Shown: positions 54,701 through 64,000 of the stretch, in pieces | Position numbering within the stretch: the first letter of the stretch is position 1 | Layout of the letters: each line of letters opens with the position of its first letter | DNA from: Phoronis australis | Lineage: Eukaryota; Animalia; Phoronida | Assembly: GCA_002633005.1 (NCBI GenBank) | Contig: NMRA01000037.1 | Coordinates: forward strand, 778,703 to 842,702 | Reading direction: 5' to 3' | DNA: 64,000 nt | Notes under the pieces: generated by a model | Told to the model about the DNA's origin: nothing | What the model saw: the letters and a program-made list of their open reading frames with translations, nothing else | Databases searched by the model: none | Position numbers and translations under genes: made by a program

Positions 54701-57700
54701 TATGCTCAACAAACTAATTAAAATTGTCTCCCAGTAAGTAACTTTTCTTGTTTCTACCATCCATTATATGAGCTTTTCAAGTTTTACACTCAATTAGTTC
54801 AGTCTGCCCACTAAAAACTGCTACTATTCTGCTTCAAAAGATACAGTTTTTTGTTTTAGTTTATTTGTCACTTCTTTTTTAGAACCTTGCTAGATTGCAG
54901 TCTGTGATATTTGGGTAGAAAACTTAGTTTCGCACATGGAAGACACCTACCCAGAGTCAAGAAGTGTCAAGATAGAGTGAACATTAAGAAATTAGTTGAA
55001 TTATTCTTGATGTCTCAATTAGGCGATTACTTACCAGTAACTGTTAATAATACTGTTTTGGACGTCTGACCCCACGAGTTGTTGACAGCACAAGTGTAGT
55101 AGCCCTGGTCACCAGAGGTCACTAGTGCTATGTGAAGGGAGCCATTAGAATGCACTGTATACCGGCCACCAGACTGAAACCCGGAATTTTATCATGGATG
55201 AAACAAAAAACCAACACACTCACCACGATAAAAGGGACCAAGAACAAACATGACTTAACTCTAAAAACTATTCAGAGATTCAACACAACAAGGATAATGA
55301 AAGATGGAGAAACAACAGCATTCGTGTCAGTTTGAGTCAATCATAAGTTTGCCCTCAGGTAAAGTTTCAATATATCTCTTCAACAGTAAATAACTTGCAC
55401 GTCGTAGTACTTTAAGGAACCAAACCACAATGCTTTGGTGCAATAGTGCCATAGGTTTTGACCTCTAGTCACGGTGTCTACTAAATACGACCTTTGGATA
55501 ATGAGGTCTGGTGAAGGTATTTATTCATCCACCAAATCATTCCTCAACACGGTAACAAGCACACAAACCAAGCCATGACCAATGCACGTGCGCTGAACTC
55601 ACCTGTATTTCCTTGCCATTATTGCTATCCCTACTGTCCATCCATTTGGTGGTAGGGGTGGGCCAGGCTATGCCCTGGCAGTCAAACCTGGCTGTCATCC
55701 CCTCAGGTACAGACTGGGGTGAGGGGGCAATGACAAAACTGGGCTTACCTGGAATGGTTAAGAGTGTCAGCAATGTGTGGGATTAAAGAAGCTTTTTGTA
55801 GATAAATGAATCATTGTTTCCCAATTACGGTTCTAAACACTGTCTAACACGGTTATTAAAAAGTGTTCATTTTAATCAAGCGAGACTGCGAAAACAGAAA
55901 AGCTAACATCGGACAGGATCAGAAATAGTTGACAATGTACTGATGTCCAACCTGGACACTAAACATTAAATTTTTGAAACAGTCCCTAATAAGGAATCAA
56001 CTAAGGTACCTAAATCTTTTGCATATTTGTGTCGTTCATTACTCACAGATGCCATGTACTAAATCCATCATACCTTCCAGCAGCCCCACCACACACCATA
56101 TTACACCATATAACCACATTGCTTACATAACGCAATAGTAAAATCATGTACTAAATCCGTCATACCTTCCAGCAGCAACACCCCGGTGTTGCTGTAACGT
56201 TCAACACCAGACAGGGGATTGACCGCTTTGCACACATACTCGCCCATGCTATGGAAGTCAACATTCTCAATGGTGTATTGAGAAACAAAGCTCGTCACCG
56301 CTGCGACGGCTCCTTTGGTGACAGGTTTCAGATCTAACAACCACGTAAAAACAGCAGGTGGTACGCTGACTATTTCACACTGCATCACAACCGTGTCTCC
56401 CACGTTCTTAGTCTGCCGTCCGGGACTGGTCGTAAAACTGTCGGCAATATCTGAAACAGAACATAGGATCTAATCTCAAAAGTTTTGCTTCATTAAAACC
56501 TATCTAGAACGGTAACACCTGTTAGTTTGGTTCCTACAGTATGTTAAGAACATCGCACTCAGACAACTAGTGCCAAATGTAACAAACTGTGAGGAGTATT
56601 TGCTTGGTATGTCACCGCGAGTCACCGCGAGTCACCTTTAATTCAAACAGTTGCGAGTAACACCAACATACAGTGGTGTTCTATTCAGACCCTTATTCAA
56701 TACAACTGTTTTCGTACACTTGTTGTTTGTGTTGGGATCTTGCGGAGACGCAATATGGCATGAAACAGGGCTTGGAATGACCAATGATATAAAAACAGGA
56801 AACTTTTCCACTTACAAGCCAAAGTGAGTATTGCCTGCTGACTATAGACAGTGTCTTGGCCATCAGAAACCACACACTGATACTGTCCTTTCGACTGGTC
56901 AGTCACTTCGGCCATGTACAGGGTTCCATTAGCAAGAATTCGCAGGCTGCTGTCGACGGTGATGTAAGCATCATTGTGGCGCCATCTGCAGTGCAAAGAA
57001 GTCAACATCATTTATACAACTCTCTGTTTTCAAATCTTGCATACAAAAAAGTGTCCTGGATTTTTTTCCGATTCGGCTTTCTATAGATATTAGTCAGTTG
57101 AACTAGAAACCAGAGCTGGTTCCTTGGTTGTGCCTTCAACCACTCATTGAAATAGTTATACATTGACAGATAGAATTTTTAATATTACATGTTTCTGTAG
57201 ACTATCATCAAAGCAACCATCAGGGTTTATCAACACAATCACAGGTTCTTCACCAGTGATGATGCTAGTAAAGGAAAACATGTCATGGTTTTGAAAGCTT
57301 GGAATTTTTGAAAAACTTAACTCATCGAGCTTGAATAATCCTTACTAAGTAATATTTTTCATGCACATAAGTCGGTAATGTTATTCAAGCTTTGACAATA
57401 TTATAACTTTTTGAGCCTACCTTATATAAGATTCCACACAAGGCACAAATAACCGCAATATCACTTTAGAAGACATTTTACTTTAATGCTCTTGAGTGTA
57501 CTGCACAAGCTATACGGTCACGCAGTAAAAAAAACGAGTCTTGTCCAGTGATAAAATTCGCTCAAGATGGTTAACTTGAACATCATGTTACTGACCAGCA
57601 ATCTTTCTCAAACTTGCACAGCACATCAATTGTTACTAGGAAGTGTGGCTTTTCAAGCTTGTGACTCAATGTTGAAAACGGTGAATGGCACAACAAGTTT

Positions 57701-60700
57701 TCTCAATGATTTTTTTAAAAGCCTGACTTTCCTCACTAATTTTCAGTGTCTATTTTAACCTAATAGAACAATGGTCAGTAAGGGAGCATGGAAATTTAAA
57801 ACTAAGAGAAAAATATTAAATAAGTTAACGTGTCATTAAGCTTAACTTTCAGCTTGGTTAAATTTAGCTATTGTAATTGATCTAGAGCATATCTATGTTT
57901 CATTTCCACTAAAGATTAAGTGCCTTAGTTTAAATTAGTAGCAAGACCTGCATGATGTAATTGTTTGAGAGAGTGTTAGATTAGAATGAACGGCAACTTT
58001 AAGTCAAGCGTCAATTTTTCTGATGTCGCGTTGTCACTTTATCTGAGAGCATCTCTTCAGTATAATCACGCCTAATATTGGGAGAAATAAAATAGTTCAT
58101 CATTCTGTAATTTAGTCAATTCAAATATCTGACTACACCCTGAAGTGGTTATAGCAACTTAATACTAAAATCCCATAAACAAACTGGCTACAACACTAGC
58201 GTATCCATTTTCGCTAGCACTTTTGCCAGTAGCAAAATGCAAGTAATATGAACAGTAGCGTCACTTAAACAGTGGCGTGCTTATAGCTGGCAGTGTTGAG
58301 TTACCACCAAAACTGTTGAAGTTTTCGTAGTAGTTTTCGCGAGCACTTTCGTTAGGAAACCAGCTCAATTCAAAGGACACATGCGCAGGGGAAAGAGGAA
58401 CTTGTTTATCTTTGCATTAATCAATTTTTGGCAGAGAGTGAGAGTGTAATGACATCACGTTTCCCTGTAAAAGTGACTTGGGTGATGAGGAAAATGAACC
58501 CACAGGCGGTTGGTCTGAAAAAACTGCAAGTATTTTGCCACTCCTGTTAATCTAGAACAAGAGTAAGAGGATTGATAACCATGGAAATGTACAAATGACT
58601 CAACACTGATGTTGTAGTAATGACTCATCAACTGATGAGAGGCTGTTTTCAATAGATATCCACTAGCAGTAAAAATTCTTCAGTTTATGATATAAGTTGG
58701 CGCCAAGTGGCATTTCACTTTCTCCATTTGCCTGACAAAATAATCAGTGGTTAATACTAAAGAGAAGTTAACAGACAAAAATTAAATGAAATTTTGAGTA
58801 TTTGCAGGAATGAAGTAAGCCACTGAAAAGTTGAAAATGACAATTTTTTACTTATTATTTTCTCAAATTAAAATATTTACAATTTACAAGCGTGGAATCT
58901 TTTTGGCAGGTATCACTTGACTGGCTACTGATTACCTCAAACTTAGGTCCTAATGTAACAAGAGCAACGCGGAGCGTTGAAATGTGCCCACAATTGCACC
59001 GCATACGGTATCCTTCTAGGGTTGTTTATTGGTACCATAAAGTGGCCAGTAGAGGGTATACTTTGCAAAATGGAAAGGCATGGTCATTGTCTCCTCAATA
59101 GGCTAGGGGAAAAAATGTGAGTAATCTTCATAATACAAGCACATCCTATACACCAGTTGCTTAAAGCACCACAGAAACATAGAATTAAAAACAAATTTAC
59201 CAACATACGAGATTAGCACAGCATTAGAATGCCAGAAACAAATTTCTACTTGGAACTTTTCCTTCACAGTCACGAAGTAACACAAAGTATACACCTGAAG
59301 ACCTATGAAAATNAACCACTCATTGAAATAGTTATACATTGACAGATAGAATTTTTAATATTACATGTTTCTGTAGACTATCATCAAAGCAACCATCAGG
59401 GTTTATCAACAAAATCACAGGTTCTTCACCAGTGATGATGCTAGTAAAGGAAAACATGTCATGATTTTGAAAGCTTGGAATTTTTGAAAAACAACTCATC
59501 GAGCTTGAATAATCCTTACTAAGTAATATTTTTCATGCACAAAAGTCGGTAATGTTATTCAAGCTTGGACAATATTATTAACTTTTTGAGCCTACCTTAT
59601 TTAAGGTTCAACACAAGACACAAATAACCGCAATATCAATTTGGAAGACATTTTACTTTAATGCTCTTGAGTGTACTGCACAAACTATACGGTCACGCAG
59701 TAAAAAAACGAGTCTTGTCCAGTGATAAAATTCGCTCAAGATGGTCAAGTTGAACATCATGTTACTGACCAGCAATCTTTCTCAAACTTGCACAGCACAT
59801 CAATCGTTACTAGGAAGTGTGGCTTTTCAAGCTTGTGACTCAATGTTGAAAACGGTGAATGGCACAAGATTTTTCAAGACTTTTTTTAAAAGCCTGACTT
59901 TCCTCACTAATTTTCAGTTTCTATTTTAACCTAATAGAACAATGGTCAGTAAGGGAACATGGAAATTCAAAACTTGGAGAAAAATATTAAATATTAGTTA
60001 ACGTGTCATTAAGCTTAATTTTAAGCTTGGTTAAATTTAGCTATTGTAATTGATCTAGAACATATCTATGTTTCATTTCCACTATAGATTAAGTGCCCTT
60101 AGTTTAAATTAGTAGCAAGACCTGCATGATGTAATTGTGTTCAAGTGTGCAAATCCATTCTGGAGAGTGTTAGATTAGAATGAACGGCAACTTTAAATCA
60201 AGCGTCAATTTTTCTGATGTTGCGTTGTCACCTTATCTGAGAGCATCTCTTCAGTATAATCACGCCTAATATTGGGAGAAATAAATTAGTTCATCACTAT
60301 GTAATTTAGTCAATTCAAATATCTGACTACACCCTGAAGTGGTTATAGCAACTCAATACTAAAATCCCACAAACAAACTGGCTACAACACTAGCGTTTTC
60401 ATTTTCACTAGCACTTTCGCCAGCAGCAAAATGCAAGCAATATGAACAGTAGCAAGTATCACTTAAACAGTGGTGTGCTTATAGCTGACAGTGTTGAGTT
60501 ATCATCAAAACTGTTAGAGTTTTCATAGTAGTTTTCTGGAGCCCTTTCGTTTGGAAACCAGCTCAATTCAAAGGACACATGCACAGGGGAAAGAGGAACT
60601 TGTTTATCTTTGCATTAATCAATTTTTGGCAGAGAGTGAGAGTGTAATGACATCACGTTTCCCTGTAAAAGTGACTTGGGTGATGAGGAAAATGAATCCA

Positions 60701-63700
60701 CAGGCGGTTGGTCTGAAAAAACTGCAAGTATTTTGCCACTCCTGTTAATCTAGAACAAGAGTAAGAGGATTGATAACCATGGCAATGTACAAATGACTCA
60801 ACACTGGTGTTATAGTAATGACTCATCAACTGATGAGTGGCTGTTTTCAATAGATATCCACTAGCAGTAAAAATTGTTCAGTTTATGAAATAAGTTGGCG
60901 CCAAGTGGCATTTCACTTTCTCCATTTGCCTGACAAAATAATCAGTGGTTAATACTAAAGAGAAGTTAACAGACAAAAATTCTGTAAATGAAATTTTGAG
61001 TATTTGCATGAATGAAGTAAGTTACTGAAAAGTTGAAAATGACCATTTTTTACTTATTATTTTCTCAAATTAAAATATTTACAATTTACAAGCTTGGCAT
61101 CTTTTTGGCATGTTTCACTTGACTGGCTACTGATTAACTCAAACTTAGATCCTAATGTAAAAAGGCGACAGCCTATCGCATTTATCCTTTGGCACGGCAT
61201 GATGCAAAAATAGATGTTATACTGAATTAGAAGAGCAGTCACTCAGGTCACCTTTCATACCATCGTCAACACACCACAGATTTTTGTCCACGATGCCGTG
61301 CGGAAAGATAACCTCAGTCCTTAATTGATGTTACCTAAGCAATAAACAGATTTAAAATCAGAGCATTGTTGCCTTGATGTGGTGTGAAAGGTAACTTCCT
61401 GTTACCATCAATAATCCCATGTATTGCTTTCTTGACACTTGATATTACTCAACACATAATAGACCATACCCAGTAGCCAGATCACCTACCAGGGATGATT
61501 GAAATTCCTGAGCAAAACACAAGTCCTTGTTGCTTAGACAACAGGCTGCAACATGGGACTTCACACAGTGTCACACACACTATAGCTGATGACCATAAGA
61601 TAAGAGCTGTATAAATCAAAGGGGCCTTTCATACTAACGTCGACGCATCGATGGTTTGGGGAGTTGCGGTCAGTATGAACGCTTAACTCCGGTCCTGGAT
61701 CGCAGTTAAGAGCTCCAGTTAACATCGCAGTTAATAGGTGGATTTAAGACCGCAGTGTCGACGCTGCGGTGCAGTATGAACGCTTAACTCCGGTCCAATC
61801 GAAGTTATCGCCAGGTGCCACTGTTATCATCAACAGTTACAGAGTAGTGCCGTCACTAATAACTACTTATTTTTGGGTTTAATGATAACCAATCGATTTA
61901 AAAATGAGTTTTATGTCATTTAGCACATTTAAATGTTCCAAATTGTCACATTGAAAAAAATCTTAGCGTGCAGCGCTACCTTGCGATAACTTCGATGACG
62001 TCAGGGTCACCAACCCTTTACTTCGATGGTCATTAACTACCGAAGCCAGTATGAACGGTCCAGTTAACTGCGCTGTTTACGTCGACGCTCCGCTCAGACC
62101 GGAGTTAAGTCAATATGAAAGGGCCTAAAGACTTATTCCCAGCACTTAACATGCTCTAAAGGTCACCATATAACAAACTAAGATCTAACACACCATGTTT
62201 ACAATTAATGAACAGGGAAGAAATGCAATAATCTTTATGCATGTGCAATCTCAGGAGGCTTTTAATGTCAAAGACATTTCAACTGTTTTTAATTTGCTGC
62301 CAGGTTCTACATGTAACAAACATTCACGGCTTAAGTCTTTATGGAAGTGAGAGTAGGGTAATTTTAAATTTGACATTTTCCCATTTCAAATTGCACTTAC
62401 TTTACTGGAAATAATAAAGATTTGCCAAAAGTTGTTTTTTGACATTTACATGGTACAAATAATGCTAGTAATAGTCTGAAATTTCCTTAAATCTTCATTT
62501 TGTAGGGAAGTTTGACGACTGCGTGAAAATAAGAATTTCATGTGGTGGTACTCAGTGCTTGGAGAATCGACATACATGAAAGTTAACAAGTAGCGATACA
62601 TTGTACCTCCTTACCACATGTGAACTGTAGGTGGCGCTGAACAATTAAGCAACGAAAATCTAATCGCCACATGAAAACAAAACATATTTTCAAGGCTTTA
62701 TGAGACACATACATGGAAAGAAACAATTTGATCAAAAGTATGTGTCCCCGTCTTAATGATCCATCACTCATTTATTGCTGTGTACCGGTAATACTGATCA
62801 AGGTGCTTGATGAACAAAAATGTGGAGTGACCGTAAGAAAATATGTGCCTCCCAGTATACAGGTGGCCAAATATTGATTATTTATGTTATCATTTGACAA
62901 CTGACAGACATCTGCGGCCTGAGGCCAGTAAGATCAGTGGATAGGTTCCAAAACATTCATGATCATACTAGACGAATAACTAAAAACTAAAATCAAAATC
63001 ATAAAAATTTGGAGCTGATCACCAAAACACATCAACGTGCGGCGATATTCATTTTTACCTTTAACACCACCTACAAGAGGCTTGTTATGCAGTGTATCAA
63101 GATAACAATGCAGTTCTTACTGTAGGCCATGTAACACGCCATGTAACACGAGAACAGGAAATTAATCTCTTTAATTGTAAAATGACAGACGTGATGACTG
63201 TCAGTCAACTGTGATGCAAAGTAATGTGTACATGCCAGTTACATGTCTTACGTTAGTAGAGGGGTTAACTCCTTAACTGTCCATGTCTCCTTATGATGAC
63301 TTAACCCTTGATCTACCTGAATCCTAATGTTACCTTTTGGTGACTTAGGTACCTGGCTGTCACTGGTTTGTCTACTTACAGCTGTACAAACAGGGGCGCT
63401 AATAGCAGCTCATGACATCATTGGAGCACTTTCTGATAGTCTTTTATTTGACAGAAAAAATTGCTGAGAAGTACTTTTTCCCTCAAAATTTAAAGAGATT
63501 TGTCTCCAGGGACTACTGGGATCAAATTCATGGCAGACAGATATTCTGTCCTCAATGTTACATTAAACGTTGTTCATTATATGGACTCAGAAGCAGAGTT
63601 TCAATTTTACGATGATGTACATAAGCAATAGGAACCATATAGAATTTTCAATTTCAGTTATCATAAAACGATTTTATAACCTTTTTGGTTTATGCACCCA

Positions 63701-64000
63701 AATTTTCCATCTTCCTCAACATTTAATTTGCACAAGGATGTGCGTCTCATGCTAGAAAGTTGGCTGTGAAATAGTTAAACTGATATGATAGAGTTTTGCA
63801 TGTTGTACATCAGAGCATTAGTGTCCTGTCGTTGTAAATGTCAGGAAGCGGAATAAAACTCAACAAGACCAGTGGCGTTACCATGTCAACGAATGGCTGA
63901 CCTGTAGCTGAGAATCCCTTCACCCGTCGCGGAGCAGTGCCACCACAATGGTTTTCCAACAGCTCCAACCTGATTGGACGGCTGGAGCGTGATCTCAAGT
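33433..64000 (-). CDS. Ig-superfamily single-pass receptor, 5' end outside window: >=10 Ig, 3 FN3, TM, tyrosine-motif cytoplasmic tail (protogenin/DCC/CDON/Robo-like); 27 exons in window
   Basis: Hand-spliced exons: 64000-63902, 56985-56816, 56450-56166, 55748-55603, 55173-55035, 54343-54222, 53558-53405, 52722-52600, 52029-51868, 51558-51404, 50927-50807, 49881-49747, 48472-48338, 47911-47709, 46616-46526, 46009-45740, 45007-44753, 44536-44255, 43939-43847, 43368-43097, 42462-42308, 41448-41342, 40616-40478, 40181-39978, 39089-38866, 37340-37133, 33727-33433. All introns are GT-AG with consistent phases and one open frame of about 1580 codons. I-set motifs (C..G.P.P...W; G.Y.C.A.N) and FN3 motifs (L.P.T.Y..RV.A.N..G.G) recur. 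Confidence 0.9.
33812..34472. mobile_element. 660-bp foldback MITE with ~300-bp inverted arms, TTAA at both ends
   Basis: TAACTGTGAACCTTGTTTA / TAAACAAGGTTCACAGTTA at the ends; GGGAACCGTGTCTCAGATTTTTGAAATAGG / CCTATTTCAAAAATCTCAGACACGGTTCCC internally. Confidence 0.8.
35473..35718. mobile_element. Degenerate Tc1/mariner-like MITE
   Basis: TACAGT...ACTGTA termini with weak further inverted similarity; a similar right end at ~39933-39956. Confidence 0.35.
37133..37340 (-). CDS. Receptor exon 26, cytoplasmic with HEYAEV and SIYAHI
   Basis: Acceptor ttctag, donor AG|GTAATG; open in frame; phase 1/2. Confidence 0.85.
38597..38820. repeat. Dispersed repeat copy A (inverted homolog of 56525-56772)
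   Basis: Its reverse complement aligns by eye to 56525-56772 (TTTGGTT.CTAC...ACTAGTGCC...TTTAATTCAAACAG...TGGTGTTCTATTCA...TGGGATCT). Confidence 0.8.
38866..39089 (-). CDS. Receptor exon 25, cytoplasmic
   Basis: PSNPDVVLVSSTP...EDYLEP; phase 2/1. Confidence 0.85.
39978..40181 (-). CDS. Receptor exon 24, cytoplasmic
   Basis: NFYSNE...GFYDFEG...; phase 2/2 boundaries consistent. Confidence 0.85.
40478..40616 (-). CDS. Receptor exon 23, transmembrane helix
   Basis: GIAAGCAGFILLVILIIIICV followed by basic QQRR. Confidence 0.92.
40644..41090. repeat. Degenerate ~31-bp minisatellite before the TM exon acceptor
   Basis: Recurring GCTGA..(T/C)AGG.(T/G)AAAACAG units. Confidence 0.7.
41342..41448 (-). 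CDS. Receptor exon 22, FN3-3 end and juxtamembrane stalk
   Basis: GGNGSFSTPVSVQTP...LSDGAIG. Confidence 0.88.
42308..42462 (-). CDS. Receptor exon 21, FN3-3 core
   Basis: VVGYLV...GLIQNTAYLVKVASYN. Confidence 0.9.
42571..42691 (-). mobile_element. tRNA-derived SINE fragment
   Basis: Minus strand shows A-box-like TGGCCTAGTATG and B-box GGTTCGAGTCC, followed by CORE-like ACCCTTGAGTCAGG...CTCGGCTCAGTTT; no intact cloverleaf. Confidence 0.65.
43097..43368 (-). CDS. Receptor exon 20, FN3-2 C-part and FN3-3 start
   Basis: YEVYY...LAYSSLYDVQLRAGN...PQSAPSGV...ILVQWN. Confidence 0.9.
43847..43939 (-). CDS. Receptor exon 19, FN3-2 N-part
   Basis: APSVPVNV...IEVTWDAPLEMNG. Confidence 0.88.
44255..44536 (-). 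CDS. Receptor exon 18, FN3-1
   Basis: VPAAP...LAW...LQPFTEYTFRVKAVNAIGDGGYS. Confidence 0.93.
44753..45007 (-). CDS. Receptor exon 17, Ig10
   Basis: IHCLAQGTPSP...ANGTLRV...NYRCMASNVYG. Confidence 0.92.
45017..45153. repeat. Compound (AAT/GAT/AAC)n microsatellite next to the Ig10 acceptor
   Basis: Seen directly. Confidence 0.9.
45559..45708. repeat. 50-bp tandem repeat, 3 copies, about 30 bp into the intron after Ig9
   Basis: ATTTCTGTGACGCAAACATTTACAATGCGTGCTCAACAGTTTCAGATAGC x3, near-identical. Confidence 0.92.
45740..46009 (-). CDS. Receptor exon 16, Ig9
   Basis: LSCTTSGDPIPSVSW...GVWTCTACNIMG. Confidence 0.92.
46526..46616 (-). CDS. Receptor exon 15, Ig8 C-part
   Basis: RLRQNDEGWYLCRAVNSVSSVSGHAYLNVQ. 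Confidence 0.9.
47709..47911 (-). CDS. Receptor exon 14, Ig8 N-part
   Basis: QPVWLIAP...LKCSAKARNPPLFYWY...TGDLIFQ. Confidence 0.9.
48338..48472 (-). CDS. Receptor exon 13, Ig7 C-half
   Basis: NNTIHI...GSYTCVAENSVG. Confidence 0.92.
49747..49881 (-). CDS. Receptor exon 12, Ig7 N-half
   Basis: PPSFQLLPKDQ...IECMATGHPTPSVSWRRNG. Confidence 0.92.
50558..50842. repeat. 57-bp tandem repeat, 5 copies, containing the exon 11 3' end and donor
   Basis: Units start at 50558, 50615, 50672, 50729, 50786; the last unit overlaps the real exon. Confidence 0.95.
50807..50927 (-). CDS. Receptor exon 11, Ig6 C-half
   Basis: LLSNGSLV...EGQYTCEARN...VKVTVS; donor G|GTGAGT. Confidence 0.9.
51404..51558 (-). 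CDS. Receptor exon 10, Ig6 N-half
   Basis: PPSFTLEP...LNCEATGRPLPIILWYK. Confidence 0.92.
51868..52029 (-). CDS. Receptor exon 9, Ig5 C-half
   Basis: SNGTLVI...GRYTCIATN. Confidence 0.92.
52600..52722 (-). CDS. Receptor exon 8, Ig5 N-half
   Basis: PSFIVTPRD...HCQADGTPRPVMTW. Confidence 0.92.
53405..53558 (-). CDS. Receptor exon 7, Ig4 C-half
   Basis: ENGDLP...DAGTYTCRASNIVG. Confidence 0.92.
54222..54343 (-). CDS. Receptor exon 6, Ig4 N-half
   Basis: GPQFTTTAVDTTVFETGAVMFQCSAMGEPAPLISWWK. Confidence 0.88.
54573..54758. mobile_element. Palindromic MITE-like hairpin
   Basis: 54600-54660 pairs with 54671-54731 at 57 of 61 positions by hand count; weaker pairing extends outward. Confidence 0.8.
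55035..55173 (-). CDS. Receptor exon 5, Ig3 C-half
   Basis: SGGRYTVHSNGSLHI...DQGYYTCAVNNSWG. Confidence 0.9.
55603..55748 (-). CDS. Receptor exon 4, Ig3 N-half
   Basis: KPSFVIAP...ARFDCQGIAWPTPTTKW. Confidence 0.9.
56166..56450 (-). CDS. Receptor exon 3, Ig2
   Basis: GDTVVMQCEIVSVPPAVFTW...GEYVCKAVNP. Confidence 0.92.
56525..56772. repeat. Dispersed repeat copy B (inverted homolog of 38597-38820)
   Basis: See copy A. Confidence 0.8.
56816..56985 (-). CDS. Receptor exon 2, Ig1 C-half
   Basis: WRHND...LANGTLY...GQYQCVV...SQQAILTLA; AG/GT boundaries. Confidence 0.9.
57138..61160. repeat. ~1.8-kb direct duplication (57138-58958 / 59314-61160) across a single N; probable haplotype duplication
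   Basis: Collinear copies with scattered SNPs and indels; the second starts right after the N at 59313. Confidence 0.88.
61622..62125. mobile_element. PIF/Harbinger-like MITE with subterminal repeats
   Basis: TIR GGGCCTTTCATACT / AATATGAAAGGGCC followed by TAA; internal CAGTATGAACGCTTAACTCCGGTC twice and GTCGACGC motifs. Confidence 0.65.
63902..64000 (-). CDS. Receptor exon 1 in window, Ig1 N-half (LEITLQPSNQVGAVGKPLWWHCSATGEGILSY), runs off window
   Basis: Different frame from the ORF-track call; donor AG|GTCAG, phase 2, joins R-WRHND of the next exon. Confidence 0.8.

Noticed and set aside
44753-56985. Dscam-style mutually exclusive exon arrays
   Set aside because: Every Ig half-exon found is used once in a single linear path; no alternative exon clusters were seen
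57138-61160. LTR pair or true segmental duplication
   Set aside because: No TG...CA ends, PBS or internal ORFs; the second copy begins exactly at an N-join
63810-63998. ORF-track protein MRSRSSRPIRLE...
   Set aside because: Wrong frame; another minus-strand frame encodes the Ig1 N-half and splices in phase

Overview
AT-rich invertebrate animal genomic DNA with GT-AG introns; the taxon cannot be fixed from sequence alone. Two convergent spliced genes were reconstructed by hand with phase-consistent splice sites. (1) Plus strand: a 4-exon PRD-class homeobox gene of the Alx (aristaless-like/Cart1) family, 5643-21686, 339 aa. It has an eh1/octapeptide, a Q50 homeodomain split by a 10.7-kb intron, and an OAR motif. 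(2) Minus strand: a 5'-truncated single-pass receptor with at least 27 exons, 33433 to beyond 64000, at least 1580 aa. It has at least 10 Ig domains, 3 FN3 domains, one TM helix and a ~330-aa non-catalytic tail with ITIM-like, NPxY and YxxP motifs; its first two Ig domains look protogenin/DCC/CDON-like. The receptor's introns hold several structures that could affect splicing: a 57-bp array that copies a splice donor, an array of acceptor-like units before the TM exon, and inverted repeat copies bracketing exons 3-25. The window also has several MITEs/foldbacks, a tRNA-derived SINE and a hairpin in the receptor's probable 3' UTR. Two apparent tandem duplications sit on single-N joins and are probably uncollapsed haplotypes. 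No CRISPR array, rRNA or functional tRNA was found.
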